This document shows, in pieces, positions 46,901 to 56,839 of a stretch of 64,000 bases of DNA; position 1 is the stretch's first letter; every line of letters starts with the position of its first letter. A program made the position numbers and the translations under genes. The notes under the pieces were generated by a model, which saw nothing but the letters and a program-made list of their open reading frames with translations, had not been told where the DNA came from and did no database searches. Origin of the DNA: Nemertoderma westbladi (lineage: Eukaryota; Animalia; Xenacoelomorpha); NCBI GenBank assembly GCA_032718475.1, contig JAUCBJ010000742.1, forward strand, positions 62,001 through 126,000, given 5' to 3'.

Positions 46901-49900
46901 GATATTGGTAAACTACAACCCAGGACAGGTGAGATATTGGTAAACTACAACCAGGACAGGTGAGATATTGGTAAAATACAACCAGGACAGGTGAGATATT
47001 GGTAAACTACAACCTAGGACAGGTGAGATATTGGTAAACTACAACCCAGGACAGGTGAGATATTGGTAAACTACAACCCAGGACAGGTGAGATATTGGTA
47101 AACTACAACCGGGACAGGTGAGATATTGCGAAAATACAACCAGGACAGGTGAGATATTGGTAAACTACAACCTAGGACAGGTGAGATATTGGTAAACTAC
47201 AACCCAGGACAGGTGAGATATTGGTAAACTACAACCCAGGACAGGTGAGATATTGGTAAACTACAACCGGGACAGGTGAGATATTGCGAAAATACAACCA
47301 GGACAGGTGAGATATTGGTAAACTACAACCCAGGACAGGTGAGATATTGGTAAACTACAACCCAGGACAGGTGAGATATTGGTAAACTACAACCCAGGAC
47401 AGGTGAGATATTGGTAAACTACAACCCAGGACAGGTGAGATATTGGTAAACTACAACCCAGGACAGGTGAGATATTGGTAAACTACAACCCAGGACAGGT
47501 GAGATATTGGTAAACTACAACCCAGGACAGGTGAGATATTGGTAAACTACAACCTAGGACAGGTGAGATATTGGTAAACTACAACCCAGGACAGGTGAGA
47601 TATTGGTAAACTACAACCCAGGACAGGTGAGATATTGGTAAACTACAACCAGGACAGGTGAGATATTGGTAAAATACAACCAGGACAGGTGAGATATTGG
47701 TAAACTACAACCCAGGACAGGTGAGATATTGGTAAACTACAACCCAGGACAGGTGAGATATTGGTAAACTACAACCCAGGACAGGTGAGATATTGGTAAA
47801 CTACAACCCAGGACAGGTGAGATATTGGTAAACTACAACCGGGACAGGTGAGATATTGCGAAAATACAACCAGGACAGGTGAGATATTGGTAAACTACAA
47901 CCCAGGACAGGTGAGATATTGGTAAACTACAACCCAGGACAGGTGAGATATTGGTAAACTACAACCCAGGACAGGTGAGATATTGGTAAACTACAACCCA
48001 GGACAGGTGAGATATTGGTAAACTACAACCCAGGACAGGTGAGATATTGGTAAACTACAACCCAGGACAGGTGAGATATTGGTAAACTACAACCTAGGAC
48101 AGGTGAGATATTGGTAAACTACAACCCAGGACAGGTGAGATATTGGTAAACTACAACCCAGGACAGGTGAGATATTGGTAAACTACAACCAGGACAGGTG
48201 AGATATTGGTAAAATACAACCAGGACAGGTGAGATATTGGTAAACTACAACCCAGGACAGGTGAGATATTGGTAAACTACAACCCAGGACAGGTGAGATA
48301 TTGGTAAACTACAACCCAGGACAGGTGAGATATTGGTAAACTACAACCCAGGACAGGTGAGATATTGGTAAACTACAACCCAGGACAGGTGAGATATTGG
48401 TAAACTACAACCCAGGACAGGTGAGATATTGGTAAACTACAACCCAGGACAGGTGAGATATTGGTAAACTACAACCAGGGCAGGTGAGATATTGGTAAAC
48501 TACAACCGGGACAGGTGAGATATTGCGAAAATACAACCAGGACAGGTGAGATATTGGTAAACTACAACCCAGGACAGGTGAGATATTGGTAAACTACAAC
48601 CCAGGACAGGTGAGATATTGGTAAACTACAACCCAGGGCAGGTGAGATATTGGTAAACTACAACCCAGGACAGGTGAGATATTGGTAAACTACAACCCAG
48701 GACAGGTGAGATATTGGTAAACTACAACCCAGGACAGGTGAGATATTGGTAAACTACAACCGGGACAGGTGAGATATTGCGAAAATACAACCAGGACAGG
48801 TGAGATATTGGTAAACTACAACCCAGGACAGGTGAGATATTGGTAAACTACAACCCAGGACAGGTGAGATATTGGTAAACTACAACCCAGGACAGGTGAG
48901 ATATTGGTAAACTACAACCCAGGACAGGTGAGATATTGGTAAACTACAACCCAGGGCAGGTGAGATATTGGTAAACTACAACCCAGGACAGGTGAGATAT
49001 TGGTAAACTACAACCCAGGACAGGTGAGATATTGGTAAACTACAACCCAGGTCAGGTGAGATATTGGGAAACTACAACCCAGGTCAGGTGAGATATTGGG
49101 AAACTACAACCAGGACAGGTGAGATATTGGTAAACTACAACCCAGGACAGGTGAGATATTGGTAAACTACAACCAGGACAGGTGAGATATTGGTAAACTA
49201 CAACCCAGGACAGGTGAGATATTGGTAAACTACAACCGGGACAGGTGAGATATTGCGAAAATACAACCAGGACAGGTGAGATATTGGTAAACTACAACCC
49301 AGGACAGGTGAGATATTGGTAAACTACAACCCAGGACAGGTGAGATATTGGTAAACTACAACCCAGGACAGGTGAGATATTGGTAAACTACAACCCAGGA
49401 CAGGTGAGATATTGGTAAACTACAACCCAGGACAGGTGAGATATTGGTAAACTACAACCCAGGACAGGTGAGATATTGGTAAACTACAACCCAGGACAGG
49501 TGAGATATTGGTAAACTACAACCTAGGACAGGTGAGATATTGGTAAACTACAACCCAGGACAGGTGAGATATTGGTAAACTACAACCCAGGACAGGTGAG
49601 ATATTGGTAAACTACAACCAGGACAGGTGAGATATTGGTAAAATACAACCAGGACAGGTGAGATATTGGTAAACTACAACCCAGGACAGGTGAGATATTG
49701 GTAAACTACAACCAGGACAGGTGAGATATTGGTAAACTACAACCCAGGGCAGGTGAGATATTGGTAAACTACAACCCAGGGCAGGTGAGATATTGGTAAA
49801 CTACAACCCAGGACAGGTGAGATATTGGTAAACTACAACCCAGGATAGGTGAGATATTGGTAAACTACAAACCAGGACAGGTGAGATATTGGTAAACTAC

Positions 49901-50908
49901 AACCAGGACAGGTGAGATATTGGTAAACTACAAACCAGGACAGGTGAGATATTGGTAAACTACAACCTAGGACAGGTGAGATATTGGTAAACTACAACCC
50001 AGGACAGGTGAGATATTGGTAAACTACAACCCAGGACAGGTGAGATATTGGTAAACTACAACCCAGGACAGGTGAGATATTGGTAAACTACAACCAGGAC
50101 AGGTGAGATATTGGTAAACTACAAACCAGGACAGGTGAGATATTGGTAAACTACAACCAGGACAGGTGAGATATTGGTAAACTACAACCCAGGACAGGTG
50201 AGATATTGGTAAACTACAACCCAGGACAGGTGAGATATTGGTAAACTACAACCCAGGACAGGTGAGATATTGGTAAACTACAACCCAGGACAGGTGAGAT
50301 ATTGGTAAACTACAACCCAGGATAGGTGAGATATTGGTAAACTACAAACCAGGACAGGTGAGATATTGGTAAACTACAACCTAGGACAGGTGAGATATTG
50401 GTAAACTACAACCCAGGACAGGTGAGATATTGGTAAACTACAACCCAGGATAGGTGAGATATTGGTAAACTACAAACCAGGACAGGTGAGATATTGGTAA
50501 ACTACAACCAGGACAGGTGAGATATTGGTAAACTACAAACCAGGACAGGTGAGATATTGGTAAACTACAAACCAGGTCAATATAATAATATTATAAGGAA
50601 TAAACACCTTAAAATTCAGTTTATTCTCGTATGAAATCTTGTTTAAACCGGAACCCGGCAAAAAATGTTTTTCACATTTTGTAAAATGAAAAGTTTTTTG
50701 GACCGGGGGTCGCGGGATCCCGAAATATAATGAAGTCAATTTATTTTAATTTTACAAAAAATTAAGAATGACATTTCCAATGTAGCGGCTCTGAAAAATA
50801 ATTCAGTCTGGAATTTTAAATGGAAGTTTTACATTTATAATATTTTTGTTTCTGGGCATTAGTATTTAATTGTCACATTTTCAGAATTATTTATTTCGAC
50901 CATTTTAG

Positions 50909-51061
50909 CGGGAATGGAGCGATTTCCTCGAAGGGTCGCAAGGTGGCGCACCTCTAGATGACGACATTCTCGACTTGTCGTCACTGACCCTGTCAGACAG
51001 ACAACAACGGGACCTTTATCAAGCCGCGCGCGTTATATATTTCGCCTTCCGAAAGTACAAG
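50909..51061 (+). CDS. CAMTA: Internal coding exon of a CAMTA-family calmodulin-binding transcription activator (region before and including IQ motif 1)
   Basis: Bounded by ...cattttAG (50907-50908) and GTgcgt (51062). 153 nt, phase 0/0, stop-free: REWSDFLEGSQGGAPLDDDILDLSSLTLSDRQQRDLYQAARVIYFAFRKYK. Matches from memory the animal CAMTA segment W.EFL...LTLSD.EQRELYEAAR.IQ.AFRKYK. Confidence 0.88.
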
Positions 51062-51356
51062 GTGCGTTCCTCCGTTCCTTTTAGCCGAAACTATTTCTAT
51101 TTCAGCCGTACATCTAACCCAATTATTTATCAAATTTCATTTCGTCTGCTTAGCCACATATTTACATCCATCAGTCTACATCCACCTACCCAAAACACCT
51201 TTCTATTTCCCCGCGGTGTGACGGGATCCCCGAGTTGGCGAGGGAATCCCGACCGGTGTGTTTGTGTTTGGGTAGTACGCGCTGCTGTAAGGCTTGTGGT
51301 ATCTGAAAGGCCGAAGGCCGATGGAATAACTGAGTTTTTAGTTGCAGTTGTTCGTA

Positions 51357-52247
51357 CACCATAACCCTTAATACAACAACCATTTTTAGAGGGTCAGAGC
51401 CCCCCCCCCCCCCCCCCCTAATTATTTTCAAATTTCAATAAAATGCTACGAAATTCGGTATGATGATAGATCGACACCTTTTCTTACTGGTGGCCTGGCC
51501 GGATTTTTCAATTTCTCAGTTATTTACCTACAACAATCCCGTAAAAAATGTCTATTTAGCAATGTTTAACCACCTCCGTAGACTTTATTTTACGTCTTTG
51601 ACATGTAATCTAGATATCATTGGAACCGCCTTCGTCTGTAGATACCGAATCTGAAAACCGTTTTAAAATTAACCAAAAAGTGGTAAAGATATTATCAAAA
51701 TACCAATGTGTAAATGCAGAGACGTAAATCGCTATCATTCTGATGTTTTGTTGTATTTATTCTAGAATAATAATTATTATTTAGCTGAGCGTTTAAAATT
51801 CTTGATCTTGTTTTTTCATTACCCATAATTAATATTCTAGAATTGAGTAAAAAAAACATTAGAATTATAGCGATTTACGTCACAAAAATTTACACCTTAG
51901 TATTTTGATAATTTCTCCGGAAGTTCTCGGTGAAATTTTCAACGGGTTTTAGATTCAGAATCTGCAGATGAAGGCGGTTCTAATGATATCTAGAATTCAT
52001 TCCAAAGACGAAACATAAAGCCGTCGGAGGTGGCTAAATATTGCGAAATAGACGATTTTTAAAGGCTTGTTGTATCGAAATAGCTCATAAATTGAAAAAT
52101 CCGGCCTGGCCACCAGTAAGAAAAGGTGTCGATCTATCATCATACCAAATTTCGTAGCATTTTATTGAAATTTGAAAAAAATTTTTGGGGGGGGGGAGGG
52201 GGGGCTCCGACCTCCTAAAAATGGTTGTTGTATTAAGGGTTATGGTG
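51357..52247. mobile_element. Foldback-type MITE / non-autonomous DNA transposon (891 bp), flanked by TA
   Basis: Starts TA|CACCATAACCCTTAATACAACAACCATTTTTAG and ends CTAAAAATGGTTGTTGTATTAAGGGTTATGGTG|TA. The inverted arms can be followed inward to ~51780 and ~51825. No transposase ORF. TA flanks are compatible with a Tc1/mariner-type target duplication. Confidence 0.92.
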
Positions 52248-53839
52248 TAATATCAGAATACAATAATAGCACAATCAGTATACAATAATAGCACGGTTAA
52301 TGACGACGGTCTAAACCGTCTTGCTTCCAACTAAACAACAGGTATTAAAGACAACGGTTATATTACTAACACATACGGAATATAGCTACTTAGTATTTGG
52401 CCTGGCCAATGGATGCGTCTTAATCAGGTGGTAATCTGCCCCACCATTGGCTACTTTGTTCTACCTCCCTTGGCAACCCCTAGGCCCAAACTCACAAAAA
52501 GTGGCCAAAAACGTTTCCCAAACGATTCGACTTAATTTTAGAATGAAATTTTTTTTGGAACCTAGTAAAGTTATATATATTTTTGAAGATGATTTTATGG
52601 TCCAACAGATACACAAAAATCATACTGCCACTCCGACATTGAAAGATTTTACAGACCTTTTAGTACTAAAAAATTCAGGTTCTTCAATTGTCCAAAAAAG
52701 TTCATTGCATTGTGGGGGATGTATTTTGATATCTACTGGGTGTATTTCAACAAGTTATAGCTCATTTTAAAGCTAAATAATAGAGGAATGTAATGGAATA
52801 ACTTCCAAATTGTTTTATTGATATCATATTTAAATAAAACAAGAGATAATATACCCCTATTTTTGACAATTACTTGTCCCAAACGGTAACAACTGAATTC
52901 ACCAATAGGTTTTTATTTGGATTCTATAAACTAAATTCTTATTTGAAAGGTAAATCTTCAAGAAGTGGAATGTTCCAGATTTTACGAAAAAATACAAACA
53001 CAACCAGAGATATGGCTGGTTTTATACGTGCGAGTCGATTATGTCAATTAGGATTGTCCCATGTGTAATACCAAGTGCACTGCTTTACCATGCTCTAGAA
53101 TCAGTTCAAACAAACTTGATATTAAGATTCAAATATCAGAAGATAGCTAAGTTCTTGGTCTATTGCGTGAGTAATCATTTGTGGCAACTATTGACTATGG
53201 AATAGACTTTAGTTGCTTTTACATTTATCAGCATGAGCTTTGTCCCACCTGTAACAAAAGCCTGTAACACAAAAAATCGTTACAAGGCGGGACGTTCCAC
53301 ATGTAATATGTAAATCGGGCTACAGAATGGGACATGTCTCACCTGTAACACTTTAGTAGTGCAGACTTTATAACATTGATAAGGCTGTAGGTCATGCACA
53401 CAGAACAGCAGTATTAACTGTGAATTGGTACTTACCTACCTACAGTAGTACCGGTAACAGTATCAGTGCTGCCTCTTTATTGCGTTTGATTCGAAGTTAT
53501 TGGATCTACAGATCTGCGCAGTGCATAGAGTTTACTGTTGACTACTAAACAAACTAATCCTAACCAGAACCAGTTATAAGACACTGATACAGACACTATG
53601 TGACTGCGGTATAGAATAGAGACCACATTTCATTACTTATTAGACATCAGTTTGCCGTTCCGGTATCAATATACTGATAGTAAATAAAAATAGGACTAAT
53701 AATACTGATCTGTCTTATATGGAATGCGGTCCATCTTAGATCTATCTTCTGCGATTGGGAGAGGGAGATTGGGAGCTCCGTTGGGGGAGCAGTTAGAGGT
53801 GGGTGGGGGGGGGGGGGGGGGGTAAAAAAAAGAGGTCTA

Positions 53840-54075
53840 GGGGGGCAGTTGGAGGTGTGAGGGGAAAGGTAGAGGTGCAAGGGGAGCAGTTGGAGGTGCG
53901 AGGGGAAAAGGTCGAGGTGCAAGAGGAGCAGTTGGAGGTGCGAGGGGAAAAGGTCGAGGTGCAAGAGGAGCAGTTGGAAGTGTGAGGGGAACAGGTAGAG
54001 GTGCAAGTGGAGCAGTTGGAGGAGCGAGGGGAGTAGTTAGTGCGAGAGCAGTAGGTAGAGGTGCGAGAGGAGAAT
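53840..54075. repeat. G-rich minisatellite, 42-bp unit made of two related 21-mers (GAGCAGTTGGAGGTGCGAGGG + GAAAAGGTCGAGGTGCAAGAG)
   Basis: About 5 copies directly visible; preceded by a poly-G run at ~53805-53822. Confidence 0.88.
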
Positions 54076-54076
54076 G

Positions 54077-55430
54077 GGAGGAACTGTGGAGGGTGTGGGA
54101 GACAGGGTGAAAGGTACAGGAGGATCTGTGGAGGGTGTGGGAGACAGGGTGAGAAGTACATGAGGATCTGTGGAGGGTGTGGGAGACAGGGTGAAAAGTA
54201 CAGGAGGATCTGTGGAGGGTGTTGGAGACGGAGTGGGAAGTACAGGAGGATCTGTGGAGGGTGTGGGAGACGGAGTGGAAAGTACAGGAGGATCTGTGGA
54301 GGGTGTGGGAGACGGAGTGGGAGCTATGGGAGGATCTGTGGAGGGTGTGGGAGACGGAATGGGAAGTACAGGAGGATCTGTGGAGGGTGTGGGAGACAGG
54401 GTGAAAAGTACAGGAGGATCTGTGGAGGGTGTGGGAGACAGGGTGAAAAGAACAGGAGGATCTGTGGAGGGTGTTGGAGACGGAGTGGGAAGTACAGGAG
54501 GATCTGTGGAGGGTGTGGGAGACGGAGTGGAAAGTACAGGAGGATCTGTGGAGGGTGTGGGAGACGGAGTGGGAGCTATGGGAGGATCTGTGGAGGGTGT
54601 GGGAGACGGAATGGGAAGTACAGGAGGATCTGTGGAGGGTGTGGGAGACAGGGTGAGAAGTACAGGATGATCTGTGGAGGGTGTGGGAGACGGAGTGGGA
54701 GCTATGGGAGGATCTGTGGAGGGTGTGGGAGACGGAATGGGAAGTACAGGAGGATCTGTGGAGGGTGTGGGAGACAGGGTGAGAAGTACAGGAGGATCTG
54801 TGGAGGGTGTGGGAGACAGGGTGAGAAGTACAGGAGGATCTGTGGAGGGTCTGGGAGACAGGGTGAGAAGTACAGGAGGATCTGTGGAGGGTGTGTGAGA
54901 CAGGGTGAGAAGTACAGGATGATCTGTGGAGGGTGTGGGAGACAGGGTGAGAAGTACAGGAGGATATGTGGAGGGTGTGGGAGACGGAGTGGGAAGTACA
55001 GGAGGATCTGTGGAGGGTTTGGGAGACAGGGTGAGAAGTACAGGAGGATCTGTGAAGGGTGTGGGAGACGAAGTGGGAAGTACAGTAGGCTCTGTGGAGG
55101 GTGTGGGAGACGGAGTGGGAGGTATGGGAGGATCTGTGGAGGGTGTGGGAGACGGAATGGGAAGTACAGGAGGATATGTGGAGGGTGTGGGAGACGGAGT
55201 GGGAAGTACAGGAGGATCTGTGGAGGGTGTGGGAGACGGAGTGGGAAGTACAGGAGGATCTGTGGAGGGTTTGGGAGACAGGGTGAGAAGTACAGGAGGA
55301 TCTGTGAAGGTTGTGGGAGACGAAGTGGGAAGTACAGGAGGATCTGTGGAGGGTGTGGGAGACAGGGTGAGAAGTACAGGAGGATCTGTGAAGGTTGTGG
55401 GAGACGAAGTGGGAAGTACAGGATGATCTA
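54077..55430. repeat. G-rich minisatellite, 42-bp unit (AGGATCTGTGGAGGGTGTGGGAGACAGGGTGAGAAGTACAGG), ~32 copies
   Basis: Direct tandem copies with no indels seen. Internal 252-bp (6-unit) duplication shown by identical ORFs at 54219 and 54471. A degenerate copy of the right end recurs at ~55540-55642. Confidence 0.97.
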
Positions 55431-56436
55431 GGGAGGGTGGGGATGAAAGTGATAATGAACAATTTACAGGTTTTGAAGGAGGGGGGGGGGGGGGGGGGGG
55501 GTATGGGATGATCCGTGGCGGCTATACAAGATAACGTTTGGAATACAGGAGATTCTATGGAGGGTGTAGAAGATGGAGTGGGGAGTACAGGAGGTTCTGT
55601 GGAGGGTGGAGATGAAACTGATGAACAATTTATAGGTTTTGACTAAACTGCTCAGCCATAGTGATATACAGTTATAAACTCGGTAATAAACTCGTCATAC
55701 TTTGTGAATTTTCATATAAATCGTCACTAAAGTACCCAAAGTGGTTAAAATGTTTTATAAACTCTTTATGTTTATTTGATAAATTATAATATTTTATAAT
55801 TTTTCGAGAAATTGGGACCATAAAGATTTATCATGATTGATTTTATTATCAAATAAGCTTTATTGGGATGTGTTACTGGGATCAGGAATGGCTGCATAGC
55901 TCCCACTCAGAGACGAACTCTAGGTTAATTTAACATATCAGTGTAATTACAACTGGTGTTACATGGTGGGACAAATTGTTACAGGCATCGGAAATCACCA
56001 TTCAAGGGCTCTGATTGGCTGATATCGGGCGTTACATTGTGGGACAAGTGTTACAGGAATGGACATCTGTTTTTCTCAATTATTTGTTACCATGAGGTCG
56101 GGGCTATTACCACCATTGAATTCAGCGCATCGAGAGCTTTCTGGTGATATATAATATTACATACTTTGGGAAACTTTTTTTTTTTACAACAAAAATATTT
56201 TTTTTGGCCACTTTTTGTGATTTTGAGCCCTAACCTCTGCGTGCACGTGCTAGCTTTCCGCTCCTTGGTGGCTTGTAGCCTCTCATCTCTCCTTGTGGCT
56301 GGCAATGTATATTGCCTACGTTGGTTGGTAGGTGACATAATATTGGTAATGTCGCCTATATAGCCAACTATAATTGGTAAAAAGCCACTTTCCCCATTTT
56401 CCGCCGGGTGGTGCAGCGAATTGGATCCGCTAACAC

Positions 56437-56839
56437 CCTTCACTTTACGTCCCGCAGTGTGTGACCCTTACTTTATGACCCGCATATTATTCTCTTTTAC
56501 TTTATATCACGTATGGTGTATTTCCATTTCTTTATGTCCCGCCATGTATTTCTTTTACTTTATGTCCCGCACTGTATTCCCTTTACTTTATGTCCCGCAA
56601 TGTATTCCCTTTACTTTATGTACCGCACTGTATTTCTTTACTTTATGACCCGCAATGTATTCCCTTTACTTTATACCATCACTGTATTCCCTTTACTTTA
56701 TACCATCACTGTATTCCCTTTACTTTATGTCCCGCACTGTATTTCTTTACTTTATATCCCGCACTGTATTACCTTTACTTTATGTCCCGCTCTGTATTTA
56801 TTTACTTTATGTCCCGCAATGTATTCCCTCTACTTTATA
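56437..56839. repeat. Pyrimidine-rich minisatellite, 27/28-bp unit (TATGTCCCGCACTGTATTCCCTTTACTT), left part
   Basis: Degenerate first units from ~56437, clean units up to ...CTCTACTTTATA at 56839. Confidence 0.93.

Larger units (their letters stand above)
1..50576. repeat. Satellite / very long minisatellite array, 31-33-bp monomer (GGACAGGTGAGATATTGGTAAACTACAACCCA; main variant GGACAGGTGAGATATTGCGAAAATACAACCA), ~1,600 copies, open at the left window edge
   Basis: Uninterrupted head-to-tail monomers from base 1 to ...TACAAACCAGG at ~50576, then abruptly unique AT-rich DNA. The core CAGGTGAGATATTG is almost invariant. Copy number is estimated as length/~31.7. Confidence 0.99.
52480..56235. 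mobile_element. Possible decayed DNA transposon with inverted subterminal blocks
   Basis: TCACAAAAAGTGGCCAAAAA..GTTTCCCAAA (~52492-52522) is inverted at ~56165-56220. TTTGTCCCACC(A)TGTAACA-like motifs (~53239-53350) are inverted at ~55956-56056. Order is A..B..B'..A'. Termini and TSD were not identified. Confidence 0.4.

Noticed and set aside
1-50576. CRISPR-like array (repeat length ~32 bp)
   Set aside because: Monomers abut directly with no unique spacers, there are no cas genes, and the context is eukaryotic (spliceosomal exon, LINEs).
1-50576. Recursive splice sites (AG|GT) in each monomer
   Set aside because: CAG|GT is present, but the upstream sequence is A/C-rich with no polypyrimidine tract, so a canonical recursive acceptor is unsupported. 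Only the donor-like motif is retained as a finding.
1-50576. Telomeric or centromeric identity of the satellite
   Set aside because: No TTAGGG/TTAGG-type unit, and centromere function cannot be inferred from sequence alone.
298-50739. Dozens of short ORFs (MYFRNISPVL..., MRYCENTT...)
   Set aside because: They are translations of the satellite; the 31/32-bp units shift frame constantly and starts are non-ATG.
51300-51330. Hammerhead-ribozyme-like CTGAAAGGCCGAAGGCCGAT
   Set aside because: Lacks the CUGANGA and GAAA core and stems I/III; better explained as a GAA mini-hairpin.
50975-51364. 129-aa ORF as a complete gene
   Set aside because: Only the part up to 51061 resembles CAMTA; the rest is read-through past the GT donor into intron.
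52250-52320. Short direct repeat ATCAG(A/T)ATACAATAATAGCAC x2 and GACGGT/ACCGTC hairpin
   Set aside because: Too short to assign; probably a local slippage duplication or a remnant of an older repeat.
53837-55462. Long ORFs on both strands (456 aa CxxC/Gly/Arg-rich; 541 aa Ser/His-rich)
   Set aside because: A 42-bp unit is a multiple of 3 and its composition avoids stops. There is no unique domain, and several frames are open simultaneously.
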